NCBI GenBank assembly: GCA_050253075.1
Contig: JBFWJS010000005.1
Location: 115,237 to 179,236 of the forward strand
Direction: 5' to 3'
From: Deferribacterales bacterium
GTDB lineage: Bacteria > Chrysiogenota > Deferribacteres > Deferribacterales > Geovibrionaceae
DNA length: 64,000 bases
Position 1 is the first letter of the stretch, and each line of letters opens with the position of its first letter. Below are positions 1 to 10,349 of the stretch, piece by piece. Under the pieces are notes generated by a model. It was not told the origin of the DNA, did no database searches, and worked only from the letters and a program-made list of their open reading frames with translations. The translations under genes were made by a program, and so were the position numbers.

Positions 1-868
1 CCTTTACATACACCTCACCCTCTTCGGGGGTGAATTTCACGGCGTTGCTTATAAAATTAAGCAGGATCTGGCGTATCTTTGAAGAATCCGCAAAAACTTT
101 TGCAGGAAGCTCAGGATCGATAAAGCAAACGAGCCTGATAGACTTCTGCAGCGCCTTCGCATAGAAGAGCTCTGCGGATGATTTAACAGTATCGTGGATG
201 CTGCATTCGGTAGGCTTGAACTCCAGCACGCCCTTTTCGACCTCGCTGATGCTAATTACGCTGTTTACGATGTCCAGCATAGAGTTAGAGCTGTCCTGCA
301 GGACATTGAGGTATTCCCTCTGCTCAACAGACAGGCTGGTGCTTTTCAAGAGTTCGATGAATCCGAGGATAGAGTTCAGCGGAGTACGCAGCTCGTGGCT
401 GGTATGCGCTAGGAATTCAGACTTGCTTTGGCTGTGCTTCTTATTTATCTCGGCCATGCGGTTCAGCTTCTGTTCCACTTCGAGATAAGGCGTACAGTCG
501 TAGACGGTAACGAGATAAACGTCCTCGTCATCCAGATAGCTGACTGTGACATCCTGCTGCATCACGTCAAAGAACTGCCCTGTCAGGCTTTTCACCTGAA
601 CGGGTATAAGATATCTATCGTTGAAACCCTGATAATAAGCAGGGGCCTTCATCATTTTTGTCTGATTCATCTTACGTTTGAGCTTTTTCAGATTTACATC
701 GGGAAAGATTTCGGCAAGCTCTTTACGGCTGATCTCATCCACGCACACACCGGTATGCAGATACAGCCAGTTGTTCCAGAAGAGCACCCTGCACTCTTCA
801 TCCAGCACCATGACACCGTTGTTCACATGGTTGAAAAGCTCAAATTTGTAGTTATCAGAAGTTTTCAT
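1..868 (-). CDS. PAS-domain sensor histidine kinase (partial; runs off the left edge)
   Basis: Manual translation from the ATG at 868 (MKTSDNYKFELFNHVNNGVMVLDEE, PAS-like). It contains the HisKA motif AKSEFLAHTSHELRTPLNSILGF and the N-box KIRQILLNFISNAVKFT. The start overlaps the end of the CheC gene. Confidence 0.9.
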   Translation of the reverse strand, partial: MKTSDNYKFELFNHVNNGVMVLDEECRVLFWNNWLYLHTGVCVDEISRKELAEIFPDVNLKKLKRKMNQTKMMKAPAYYQGFNDRYLIPVQVKSLTGQFFDVMQQDVTVSYLDDEDVYLVTVYDCTPYLEVEQKLNRMAEINKKHSQSKSEFLAHTSHELRTPLNSILGFIELLKSTSLSVEQREYLNVLQDSSNSMLDIVNSVISISEVEKGVLEFKPTECSIHDTVKSSAELFYAKALQKSIRLVCFIDPELPAKVFADSSKIRQILLNFISNAVKFTPEEGEVYVK

Positions 869-1469
869 CTATAAATTTTTCTATTGTTTCCTGAAGATAT
901 TCAAAAGATTCCTCGTTTATAAATATCAGCAGATACCCGACAACATCGCTCTCCTGACCGGAAAGCCAAGTCTTAATTATAAAAAAATGCTCGAACGAGT
1001 TGTTCCTGTATGTGAAAACGATATCGTCGATATGGCTGTCCACGAGGTTTGGTGCGGAGAAAGACATATGGGACGAAAGCAGCTCAGCGAGCTTGCCTAT
1101 GCTGACAGATGTCAGAATATTTGAAAGCTCCAGAGCACAGCTGCGGATGTCTTCTTCATCAAGTGCATCTGCGGGCTCTTCCAGCATCAGCGAAGCAAAG
1201 TTCTGCGCTGAAGACATATCTACAAGGAACAGACTCTCGCCTATATAGGCTCCTTTGAACTTCTGATTTGTGACGATGCAGTTTTTGAGATTCACCGGTA
1301 TCTTATCCAGCTGATTCTGGATGTCGTTGATATCTGTGACGATAATCTCAGGCACGCTGAGTTTAACATAGCTGCCTGCTGCATTCGTAATGAGGGATGT
1401 AGCCATACCGTATGAAATGTTTACTATCTCTTTGAGAACATCGACTTCATCAGCCGAGAATTTAATCAT
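855..1469 (-). CDS. CheC-like phosphatase / chemotaxis protein
   Basis: Two CheC ExxN motifs (DVLKEIVNI, ALELSNIL), plus LSVPEI and FSAPNL segments typical of the family. Confidence 0.8.
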   Translation of the reverse strand: MIKFSADEVDVLKEIVNISYGMATSLITNAAGSYVKLSVPEIIVTDINDIQNQLDKIPVNLKNCIVTNQKFKGAYIGESLFLVDMSSAQNFASLMLEEPADALDEEDIRSCALELSNILTSVSIGKLAELLSSHMSFSAPNLVDSHIDDIVFTYRNNSFEHFFIIKTWLSGQESDVVGYLLIFINEESFEYLQETIEKFIDENF

Positions 1470-1668
1470 CTAATCCACCATTCTTATCATTTAAGCCCAA
1501 AAGAATATAACTATCAATAATATCTGTATTTAGACTAATTTTATCATTATACGCTGTCTATATCAAGGATATTTCTGAACAACATAGGTTTAATAAAACC
1601 GACACACAGATAACCTGCATATAATATGCCCTTTTAGGCACTTAGCAATAATATTTATTTTCAAATGA

Positions 1669-1697
1669 TTGACATCGGCATCCTTAAGTAATAAAAT
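1669..1697 (+). promoter_or_regulatory. sigma70 promoter of the ModA-like gene
   Basis: TTGACA (1669-1674), 17 bp spacer, TAAAAT (1692-1697). Confidence 0.75.
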
Positions 1698-1701
1698 CAT
1701 G

Positions 1702-1728
1702 TCGATATATACTTAACTACATAACGAT
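1702..1728. promoter_or_regulatory. ModE-type operator
   Basis: TCGATATATA-cttaac-TACATAACGAT matches the ModE palindrome (CGnTATATA-N6-TAYATAACG). It overlaps the predicted transcription start of a molybdate-binding protein gene. Confidence 0.75.
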
Positions 1729-1748
1729 TATATTCTCAGTAGGAGGCG

Positions 1749-2495
1749 GTGCAAAAAATGATAAACATCTATTCATCCGGCAGCATTTCAGGCGCAGTGC
1801 GAGATGCCGTAAACAGCCATCTGTTCAACGAAGGCGGCATCGGTATAAACTGCACCGTAGGCCCTGCGGGGCTCCTCCGCAGACGTATCGAAGAGGGAGA
1901 GATGTTCGACATATTCATCTCCGCCGACCTGCACAACGCCAAAGAGCTCCAGATAAAAGGGATAACAAACGCTCCGATACATCTGGTGAAAAACAAGATG
2001 TCCGTATTCATAAAAAAGAGCCTCCACGCCGCAAAAGACACGGTGCTCGACATTCTGGCGAAGGACGGCATAAGACTGGGCATATCCACCCCGCTGTCTG
2101 ACCCTGCGGGAGATTATGCCATGGATGTGTTTTATAATATCGAGAATAATATATCGCAGGAATTAGGAAAACTGCTGAAGAAAAAGGCTATCCCCGTTGT
2201 CGGCAATGCTCTGCTACCCGCCATGCAGAACCACGGCAAAAGCCCCGTAGTGAGACTGTTCAGAGAAGGTCATATCGATGCATTCATAGGATACTCGAGC
2301 AGCTTCCTGAAGCTGGCGGAATGTCATGATTATGTCGAAGAGATAGACCTGCCCGAGCAGGCCGCCGTACAGGCGGATTATTACGCCGCACTCTTCATCG
2401 GAGCATCAGACGGCGCAGATAAGATAATCTGTACACTGCTGAAACAAAAGGACATATTCCTGAAACACGGCTTTATTCCGCTGGAGATATCTTAA
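1749..2495 (+). CDS. ModA-like molybdate/tungstate-binding protein without a signal peptide
   Basis: IYSSGS, GPAGLLRRRIE, DIFISAD, N-K-M and PLSDPAGDYA motifs of ModA-family binding proteins. AGGAGG RBS before the GTG. Confidence 0.8.
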   Translation: MQKMINIYSSGSISGAVRDAVNSHLFNEGGIGINCTVGPAGLLRRRIEEGEMFDIFISADLHNAKELQIKGITNAPIHLVKNKMSVFIKKSLHAAKDTVLDILAKDGIRLGISTPLSDPAGDYAMDVFYNIENNISQELGKLLKKKAIPVVGNALLPAMQNHGKSPVVRLFREGHIDAFIGYSSSFLKLAECHDYVEEIDLPEQAAVQADYYAALFIGASDGADKIICTLLKQKDIFLKHGFIPLEIS

Positions 2496-4155
2496 AGGTC
2501 TCCACCCTGTTTCGTCCGTTATTTTTTGCGCTGTAGAGAGCTTTGTCCGCAGAGACCATTAGTGATTCGAGGGAGTCATAACGCTCATATGCGCAGACTA
2601 TGCCTATGCTTATGGTACAGCTTATAAGTTCGCCTTCGGCATCCATCTTTGCACTCTCCACCAGCTCCCTTATGCGCTCCGCTACGAGGCGTGCTTCGTC
2701 AGGGTCTGTCTCTACGAGCACAGCCGCAAACTCCTCTCCGCCCAGACGACCAAAAAGGTCATTGTCTCTCAGTGCATTAGCACATATATCCGCAATATTC
2801 TGCAACACCAAATCGCCTATGTGGTGTCCGTATGTGTCGTTTACAGATTTGAAATGGTCGATATCCATCATCAGCAGACAGGCGTTGTGCTTATAGCGGA
2901 TGCTTCGCTGAAGCTCTTTTTCGCCCAGTTCCATAAAGTGACGCCTGTTGCTGACACCTGTCAGCTCGTCTATCATGGCTATCTTCCGCAGTTTTTCCTC
3001 TCTGTTGGAGACCTCGTTATCGTAATAGACAAAAACCTTCGCCATGTCGGTTATCTCGTCATTACCGGAGGTGTCTATATCTACATCGTCACCAGCCAGC
3101 CTGCCGAGTATAGCTTTGTTCAGCCTCATCAGCCTCTGAACCAGATTCTTTCTGAAATAGACGACCACAAAGCCAGACGTCATAAAAGCACCGATGGAAA
3201 CAACTGCGAATATCAGAGTCATCTGACCTATCCTTTCAGACAGCAGCCTCGAATTATCGGCGGTATAGTTGATCAGGGTATTAAAGCCTGAAGTGTTTCT
3301 GTTTTTGAAGTCTTCGACCATATTACGGGTGAAATTGCCCCGTCCGTATTTCTGCAGGCTGACCTTTATCGCTTCCTCTATTTTATCCACCAGCCCGTCA
3401 TCGGAAATGACAAAATCAGAGAGCTGTTCTTCCACAGCCTTCATTTTTAAGCGCAGGTCTGCGGGCATATCGCCGGATATCTTTTCAAGATTTGCGAAGT
3501 CTCTGCTGAGGCTGTTGCGCAGTATCTTTATCTTATACATGGCGTCGATGGTGCCCGCCTGATTAGCCTTGTTTATGATGGCGACCATATGCCCAGTCCA
3601 TGTGGAAAGTCCGGAGTATGTCTTCTGGTCTGAGATGGTCACACGTGTGTCCTGCTCGAATTTTATGATCTCTTCGGAAAAGTCGAACAGCCTGCTCATC
3701 AGTTCCTGTATTCCTGACGAGACCGCCACGTTCTCTGTTACCATATCGTTCAGCTCTTCCAGAGTGCTGTTTATGACCTCTATCTCATTCGACAGAGTTT
3801 CATTCAGCTCAAAGTCCGAGCCGACTATCCTGCCTATCTCCTCCATGCTCTGCTCGATATTGCCGTACGCCAGCCTCTGTACAGGGCTGGACTCCGCAGA
3901 TATGAGCCTCTCTGTCTCACTCAGCACATGGCTGATGAGGTTGTTCAGCTTCGCCCTGCGTGTGATGTCGGGGAGGCCCTTATTCGAAATATCTTTCATA
4001 GCAGAATGAAAGCTGTGAAAACCGATAAGCGCAATGCCGGACACGGCGACAAGCGCTATGACTATCGCAATGAGCCCGCCGGTGATCTTCTTGGCTATAC
4101 TCTGCTTTTTACCGTTTAAAATTTTTAAAATCTCTCTACTCCAAAAAAATAACAA
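2473..4155 (-). CDS. membrane diguanylate cyclase (periplasmic helical sensor, HAMP, GGDEF)
   Basis: Two TM segments, HAMP (GNDEITDMA), DELTGVSNRR, DIDHFKSVNDTYGH, I-site RDND and GGEEF. Start codon uncertain. Confidence 0.9.
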   Translation of the reverse strand: MLFFWSREILKILNGKKQSIAKKITGGLIAIVIALVAVSGIALIGFHSFHSAMKDISNKGLPDITRRAKLNNLISHVLSETERLISAESSPVQRLAYGNIEQSMEEIGRIVGSDFELNETLSNEIEVINSTLEELNDMVTENVAVSSGIQELMSRLFDFSEEIIKFEQDTRVTISDQKTYSGLSTWTGHMVAIINKANQAGTIDAMYKIKILRNSLSRDFANLEKISGDMPADLRLKMKAVEEQLSDFVISDDGLVDKIEEAIKVSLQKYGRGNFTRNMVEDFKNRNTSGFNTLINYTADNSRLLSERIGQMTLIFAVVSIGAFMTSGFVVVYFRKNLVQRLMRLNKAILGRLAGDDVDIDTSGNDEITDMAKVFVYYDNEVSNREEKLRKIAMIDELTGVSNRRHFMELGEKELQRSIRYKHNACLLMMDIDHFKSVNDTYGHHIGDLVLQNIADICANALRDNDLFGRLGGEEFAAVLVETDPDEARLVAERIRELVESAKMDAEGELISCTISIGIVCAYERYDSLESLMVSADKALYSAKNNGRNRVETFKISPAE

Positions 4156-4156
4156 A

Positions 4157-5626
4157 TCATGGGCATTTGGTTAATATTCTGCCCTCTATCTTCGGACTAA
4201 CCACATTCTTATTCTGGACATATTCCCTCACTATCTCCCAAATAAGCATGGACGCCTTTTTCCCCTGAACCACTCTAGCATCCTTCAGCATGGAGAAGCC
4301 GTCCCCTCCGTTCGCCATGAAATCTGCCGTGGCAGCTCTGTAAATCTTATCGTCTTTCAGCGGTTTGCCGTTTATCGTTATGGATACGACCCTGCTGCCG
4401 ACGGGTTTTTCAGGACAATAAGCCATCTTCACACCCGAAAAATGCAGGAATCTACCCTTTACGTCATCCATAGTACTGAGACCGTTTTCCACAGCGTCTC
4501 TGAGCTGTCTGCCTGTGATATCCAGCAGTATGCCCGAATTCCTGAAAGGCAGCTCCGACTGTATGTCTCCCCGTGTCAGCAGAGTGCCCGCAGAGTAAAG
4601 CCTGTTGCCCCTTATCCCGCCTGAATTCATAAAGGCGATGTCGCTGTCGTAGTAATCACGCAGGGCATCCGCCGTCAGGTTGCCGAATGCGTTTTCGTAA
4701 AGCCTCACTATCCTCTTAACGGTGGTCATCTCTGTGGTCGTCCTGCCTATCACGGCGGACATAACGTCTGAGAGCTTCCCGTTGTAATAATCTACTTTTT
4801 TACTAACCTCAGGATCAGGCGGAAATTCTAAAAGGTGCCTGAAAACAGGGCTAACAGATACACCGTCGGCGCTTTTTTTAATATCTGCGACGATTACATT
4901 GCCGTCCACCGTCCCCTGCTTCACAAGGAAGCTGCCGTTCACGTCTATCACCTGATCTTCCTGTGATTTCACTATGAACATGATGTCGACACTCTTGCTG
5001 TATATCATCTGCATAATGTCTTCGTTCACCATACCCGCAACCATAAGCACAACATCGGCACCGTTCTTTTTCAGCTTTCGTGCCAGTTCGTCCATGTGGC
5101 TGATGTCCGGGTCTACTATTATTCTGTCTGGCATATAGTCCATATTTACCGACGGATCGAGGTATGAAATGACGCATACATTTATATCATTTATCTTATT
5201 ACAGTAGTTATTTAGAACACCTTCGAGGTTTTTCCCCGTGAGAGGGTCAGTTATATTCGAAGAGACAAAGGGGAAGCCAGCCTCTTTTATCCTGAGCACC
5301 AGCTCGTCTTCTTTATAGGCGAGTTCACGCTCATTTACGGTGACGGCGTCAGGCTCCAAACTGTTAAGGATATCTATCATATGAGAACCGTGGTCAAAAG
5401 CAGACATCGCACTGGGCGCAAGGAAATCTCCGCCGTGAAGGAAAAATACTGAGCCCTCACTGCGTGACTGTCTGAGCAGACCGCCCAGCTCCACAAGCCC
5501 GCCGACACCCTTATCAGACATAGATATATCAGGTGTACGAGAGATGTAGATGAGCTTTAAACTACTTTCTGCATATGCTGTAAAACTTTGTATTAAAAGA
5601 AATAAAACTAATAACGACCTAAGCAT
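4157..5626 (-). CDS. exported 5'-nucleotidase/UshA-family protein with degenerate metal-binding motifs
   Basis: Signal peptide after a GGAGGT RBS (ATG 5626). FPFVSSNI, ENAFGNLTADALR, NSGGIRG, ELPFRN and GGDGF match the 5'-nucleotidase fold. Confidence 0.85.
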   Translation of the reverse strand: MLRSLLVLFLLIQSFTAYAESSLKLIYISRTPDISMSDKGVGGLVELGGLLRQSRSEGSVFFLHGGDFLAPSAMSAFDHGSHMIDILNSLEPDAVTVNERELAYKEDELVLRIKEAGFPFVSSNITDPLTGKNLEGVLNNYCNKINDINVCVISYLDPSVNMDYMPDRIIVDPDISHMDELARKLKKNGADVVLMVAGMVNEDIMQMIYSKSVDIMFIVKSQEDQVIDVNGSFLVKQGTVDGNVIVADIKKSADGVSVSPVFRHLLEFPPDPEVSKKVDYYNGKLSDVMSAVIGRTTTEMTTVKRIVRLYENAFGNLTADALRDYYDSDIAFMNSGGIRGNRLYSAGTLLTRGDIQSELPFRNSGILLDITGRQLRDAVENGLSTMDDVKGRFLHFSGVKMAYCPEKPVGSRVVSITINGKPLKDDKIYRAATADFMANGGDGFSMLKDARVVQGKKASMLIWEIVREYVQNKNVVSPKIEGRILTKCP

Positions 5627-5764
5627 AACACCTCCGTACGTAAGCCCAGAAATGTAAGCTGACAAATTAATAATAAATAAAATTATCCCAATAAGGTATA
5701 AATTACAAGGAATTTTGAGCTAGAATTTAAAAATTATTTAACAAGAAAACAAATAGGCATGATA

Positions 5765-5799
5765 GAAAAAAAAGGCATGCACCCTTTCGAATGCATGCC
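5765..5799 (-). terminator. intrinsic terminator after the ELWxxDGT gene
   Basis: GGCATGCA/TGCATGCC stem followed by a T8 run on the minus strand. Confidence 0.75.
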
Positions 5800-5811
5800 A
5801 TTGTATTAAGT

Positions 5812-8800
5812 TTACGAACTTAACCCTACCGGTCCTTCCATAACTTTTATCATGGAGCTGCCGAGTATTCTCACCAGGAATATCTCTCCCGTGGTGTCGT
5901 TCTGGAACCACTTAAGAGAATAGCCTGTTTCGGGCACTACACCTGTGTAGTAGATGCTGCTCAGCATGCTGAAACCATCCAGCCCTGCTGCTTCCACATC
6001 CAGCTCTTTCACTGTGCCTAAGGAGTTTCTTATGAGATGCGTAACAATGCCGTTCTCCCCATAGATACCCACATAGAAAATATCATCCACCAAAAGCGTA
6101 GGATATATCAGAGGGATAGGAACAGGAGGTATACTGTCAGGCTTTGCCACTGTATGCACCAGAACCGAGCCGTCCACAGTGCCGTCTGTCTTCCAGAGGT
6201 ATTCGCTGCTGAGGTCTTCTGCTTTAAAAGTGTAGTAGTAATCATCTTCTACCGTAAGCAGTCCTGTAGCATACTCAGTAGAGAGGAAGTCTCTCAGTTT
6301 TACGGAGCTCATGGTTGTAAGGTCTGTCGCCCATAAGGTCGATGTGCCGTCATCCATTGCTACCAGAGTAAAGAGCTTGCCCCCTGCGTACTGAAATGAA
6401 TTTGATGAACTATCATTCAGAACATCATTAAGCTGTATTTCGCCAGCGAGTGATGTTCCGTCCTGTGTACCGTCTGTGAGATAAACATAAAGCAGGGTTT
6501 CGTCTGCTGAGTTCATAGCTACGATAGCCAGCTCATCATCCACGGCTATTGCTTTGATTATATCGAGGTCCCCGTCGTAATGGTTCCCGTCGATGTCCTC
6601 AAGCCTTGTCACATTACCCTGCACGTCCATTATAAAGTAAATATCATCGAATGTATCTGTGGTCTCACCGATGAATAATATCTTGTCGCCGAATACGGTC
6701 AGGACTTCGATATCGCCGTATATATCACCGAAAAGCTCTGTGCCTGCCTGTGTGCCGTCACTCCTTACGAACTGACAATCGCCTGTACACGTAACAGCGA
6801 CACCGTATCCGCCGACAGAATAGATTGTGTTGATGGATCCGATCGTGTCTTCGGCAGCAAGAGTACCTGCTTCTGTGCCGTCAGATGTCCATAATTTATA
6901 ATCGACAGACTTCAGCACATATCCGTGCTCCGCTTTTACAGATGCGATATACATATTGAGACCGTTTGAAGGTGTGGTATTTGCATCTTTCAGTATGGCT
7001 GTTCCTGCTGCCGTACCGTCTGACATCCACGGTTCAAACTTGCCTTCGAACATTCCTGAGAAGTATACCTTCCCGTTTAGCTCAACGTGGGCATTGTAGT
7101 CCCTGCTCGGGATATCGATGTCTCCTATTGATTTGATAAGTGTCGTTCCCGCATCTGTTCCGTCTGTAGACCAGAATCCGTATTCGTCATCAACATCGTA
7201 ACCATAAAAAAGCAGTTCATCCCCAAGCTGATAAAACGATTTAATACCGTCTACTTTGCTTGTTACTGCGGAGATGGTACCCGCTGTGATATCTGCTTTA
7301 TAGAGGACATTATAATAAAGGAAGTAAACATCTTCATTCATCACAAATGCTCTGCCGTAAGTATATGAGTCGGAAACGCTGAGAACGTTAGCGAAAGGAT
7401 CTCCTGTGCCGTCTGAATAATATATTCTGGCATTATAGCTGTCACTTGTGTCACGCATAAGAAGGAATATGCTATCTTCCCCTGCTACCATTGATTTATC
7501 TGTATTATAAATAAAGCTGTTACGAATGGTATTATTCGCAGGGTATGCATATGAAGCCGGTGCAACCAGCTGTGCCTCATTTGTCAATGCTTCTGCGGCA
7601 TCAGCAGGTGTCAGCCTATAAATAGTAGTGCTGGTCTGTACATACAGGTCATCCTTGAAAGTAAGAAGAGCACTATTCGCCTCTATATCCATAGCATCAA
7701 CTGTCTTTGTCCCGTCTGAGACATAGAGCTTATCAGGCGTTTCAAACCAGATATATTCACCGGCAACTTGTATAATAGCTCTATCAGTCTGCGGGATAAG
7801 ATTCCCGTTAACATCCTGTACAGCTACTGTGCCCGCTTCGGTTCCGTCTGTAACTCCGACGACGTATACCCCCATGGATTCCATAGCTGCAGAGAAATAC
7901 GATTTACCCTTAAAAGATGTAAAGCTGTAAGGAAAGCTGCCGTTAGGTCCGGGTATTATATCCTTCAGCATGACAGTACCTGCTTCGGTTCCGTCTGAGA
8001 TCCATAGCTCACTTCCATGTACAGAGTCATTCACTCTGAAGATCAGAGTGCTGTCGTCAAAAGCTGCTAAAGAATACATCTCATTCGTGAACTCTTTAAC
8101 CAGAACCGTACCTGCTTCTGTCCCGTCAGATTTCCATAAAGATCCGCCGTTATCGCTTACAGTTGTGAAATAAAAATCTGAGCCGACCATAACAAAATTT
8201 TCCGGAAATGCTCTTTCAGTTGCGCTGTTTAAATCTTTTACAAATTTGAGTTCTTTGCCGTCCTCTGTCATCCACAGCTCTAATCCTCGCTCTGCATCAT
8301 AGCCTGCGAAGATGCGCTCTGTGGACTGGACAGTGCCGTCAGGGTCTATGGCGAGCTCGTTGAAAGTATCTTCCATGTGCTCCATAGCTTCCTCACGCTC
8401 GACAAATCTGAGCCCTTGAGGCAGGGTATCCCTGAGCCACTGCTCAAAGCCTGATGAAGAAAAGTCTGCATTTATAAGAGCAGCCAGAGCATCTTCGTCG
8501 GGAGTGATACCGTCTGAAGGGTCTCCGTTGCTGTCGATACTCTGAAGGAACTGAGCAAGGTTCAGAGCACGTTCCTCATCACCGGGAAATAGTGAATGAG
8601 GCGTGATATACGGGCCTGCCGGAGCAGAGCCGAGGACGATATCACCAGCCTTGAATGTTATAGTATCCCCTTCATTGTATTCGAACCCGCCGTTCTCATC
8701 TGTTGTTCCTGTTATTCCTGTCGGAGTGGTCTCATAAGAGAGGTTTACGACTGGGCTGTCGACGAAAACCCCTGTTTCAGAACCTGTGACAGGGTCTGGA

Positions 8801-8952
8801 TCTGGGTCCGGATCTGGGTCTGTTGAACCACCACCCGGGTCTGGTGTCGGCGCTACTGTTGTGGAACTTCCGCCCGAATTCCCAAGGAAGTTACAGCCGC
8901 CGGCTAAAAGGACCAGCGCTAAGATAACCGACAATGCGATTACACGTTTCAT
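5812..8952 (-). CDS. large surface lipoprotein with ELWxxDGT beta-propeller repeats
   Basis: Lipobox LAGGC, a PDPDPD linker, an N-terminal GVFVDSPV...LQSIDSNG domain, and many (L/E)WxSDGTxAGT repeats. Confidence 0.85.
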   Translation of the reverse strand: MKRVIALSVILALVLLAGGCNFLGNSGGSSTTVAPTPDPGGGSTDPDPDPDPDPVTGSETGVFVDSPVVNLSYETTPTGITGTTDENGGFEYNEGDTITFKAGDIVLGSAPAGPYITPHSLFPGDEERALNLAQFLQSIDSNGDPSDGITPDEDALAALINADFSSSGFEQWLRDTLPQGLRFVEREEAMEHMEDTFNELAIDPDGTVQSTERIFAGYDAERGLELWMTEDGKELKFVKDLNSATERAFPENFVMVGSDFYFTTVSDNGGSLWKSDGTEAGTVLVKEFTNEMYSLAAFDDSTLIFRVNDSVHGSELWISDGTEAGTVMLKDIIPGPNGSFPYSFTSFKGKSYFSAAMESMGVYVVGVTDGTEAGTVAVQDVNGNLIPQTDRAIIQVAGEYIWFETPDKLYVSDGTKTVDAMDIEANSALLTFKDDLYVQTSTTIYRLTPADAAEALTNEAQLVAPASYAYPANNTIRNSFIYNTDKSMVAGEDSIFLLMRDTSDSYNARIYYSDGTGDPFANVLSVSDSYTYGRAFVMNEDVYFLYYNVLYKADITAGTISAVTSKVDGIKSFYQLGDELLFYGYDVDDEYGFWSTDGTDAGTTLIKSIGDIDIPSRDYNAHVELNGKVYFSGMFEGKFEPWMSDGTAAGTAILKDANTTPSNGLNMYIASVKAEHGYVLKSVDYKLWTSDGTEAGTLAAEDTIGSINTIYSVGGYGVAVTCTGDCQFVRSDGTQAGTELFGDIYGDIEVLTVFGDKILFIGETTDTFDDIYFIMDVQGNVTRLEDIDGNHYDGDLDIIKAIAVDDELAIVAMNSADETLLYVYLTDGTQDGTSLAGEIQLNDVLNDSSSNSFQYAGGKLFTLVAMDDGTSTLWATDLTTMSSVKLRDFLSTEYATGLLTVEDDYYYTFKAEDLSSEYLWKTDGTVDGSVLVHTVAKPDSIPPVPIPLIYPTLLVDDIFYVGIYGENGIVTHLIRNSLGTVKELDVEAAGLDGFSMLSSIYYTGVVPETGYSLKWFQNDTTGEIFLVRILGSSMIKVMEGPVGLSS

Positions 8953-9179
8953 TAGTGTCTCCTTTAATGTGATAATAATAGATACATAGAAACATAAATA
9001 ACTGAGTTAAAGAAGATTATACCTAGAAAATTAACAGGGCAACTAATAATGAAGTGAACTAATGTTAAAATTACCAATCTGTGAGACATGTACTGGAAAA
9101 TATGTATAAGGATTGAATTTTATCATTAATAATGAAAACTTACCTATGTTCACGGCATCAGATTATGAAAAACTTAAAC

Positions 9180-9235
9180 GTCACTGAGAAGCCGGCAGGG
9201 CTGTGGCACTAGCCGAAGGTTTTCCTCGCAATGAC
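9180..9235. repeat. degenerate GTCAT...ATGAC palindromic repeat
   Basis: gtcactgagaagcc...cctcgcaatgac shares its ends with the copies at 20366 and 20651. Confidence 0.45.
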
Positions 9236-9269
9236 TTTCACGCTCCAGAGCCGGAGTCTGAGACAGCAT

Positions 9270-9301
9270 AAAAAAAGGTCAACTCCGTAAAAGCTGACCT
9301 T
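9270..9301 (-). terminator. terminator downstream of tRNA-Ala
   Basis: Minus strand AAGGTCAGCT...AGTTGACCTT followed by a T run. Confidence 0.7.
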
Positions 9302-9309
9302 AGTTAAAA

Positions 9310-9382
<73 letters not shown>

Positions 9383-9467
9383 ATGCATATTCGAAAGAAA
9401 CGGTCTCAAATGCTGACCGAGACAATTTATTACATACTTTTCATACATATGTCAAACAAAAAGAGCT

Positions 9468-10349
9468 CTATAGACTGTAAGTTACAGGTATATAATAGCT
9501 GAGCACGAACAGGTCGTCGTCAGAGAGGAAGTGATTCTTTTCATAAACGGCGTAGGCAGGGAGGGTCGTCGTCTCATAGCCGTTTGCGGGAAACCAGTCG
9601 TTATAAACCCACTGCATGAATTTCAGCACGTCGCCGTACCTCCCCTGCAGGTCGAAACGGGCAAATATCCCGCCCGGGATGGTCGTCCGGGGGAGCTCTG
9701 TTTCCACCCCCTCTTTCATACCGTCTATGCTGAGACAGGCGATGTAGCTGCACTCGCTAAGAGGTGTAAATGACGGGTTATCGTGATGCAGTCCTATCTG
9801 TATGCTGTTCTCCGCATTCATTTTCAGAGCCCACATATACAGCTTTTCCCACGTGCGCTTTATCGTGCGCCCGTATCCGTTGTGCCTGATGTATACGCAA
9901 GTCATCTTAGGCATGCGCACCATCTTCGGCTTCAGGTTTTCAAAGGTCATCTCGCTGTTCTTTGCCCAGTCGGATGTGCTGATGATGTCTGCAGAATATT
10001 TCCTGTATCCGTCCCTGCGCCATTCCTTCGGCGACATGCCGAACCTGTCTCGGAAAACCTTGTTAAAAGAAGACTGTGAAGCGTATCCGCAGACGGACGT
10101 TATCTCTGATATAGTCGAATGCTTGTTTGTGATGAGCAGGTTAGCCGCCTTGTGCAGGCGTATCTGTTTTATGGATTCGTATATATTCTTTCCAAAGACA
10201 TCCTTGAACACACGCTGAAGGTGAAACCTGCTGACCTTCAGGTCGTCCGCAAGCTCCTCAATGTTGATGTCGGTATCTATATACTTATAGATGTAATACA
10301 GGGCATCGTTTGCCATCTTCGAGTGATTCAGCAGGGTTGTTTTCTTCAT
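9468..10349 (-). CDS. AraC-family regulator with C-terminal GyrI-like domain
   Basis: SRFHLQRVFK...CGYASQSSFNKVFRDRFGMSPKEWR double HTH, then YIRHNGY...HDNP...YIAC...PGG GyrI domain. Likely start MKKTTL at 10349. Confidence 0.9.
   Translation of the reverse strand: MKKTTLLNHSKMANDALYYIYKYIDTDINIEELADDLKVSRFHLQRVFKDVFGKNIYESIKQIRLHKAANLLITNKHSTISEITSVCGYASQSSFNKVFRDRFGMSPKEWRRDGYRKYSADIISTSDWAKNSEMTFENLKPKMVRMPKMTCVYIRHNGYGRTIKRTWEKLYMWALKMNAENSIQIGLHHDNPSFTPLSECSYIACLSIDGMKEGVETELPRTTIPGGIFARFDLQGRYGDVLKFMQWVYNDWFPANGYETTTLPAYAVYEKNHFLSDDDLFVLSYYIPVTYSL

Noticed and set aside
8790..8850. Short tandem repeat (GGGTCTGGATCT-like)
   Set aside because: It encodes the Pro-Asp linker of the lipoprotein, which is ordinary low-complexity coding sequence; the acidic FtsY N-terminus is similar.
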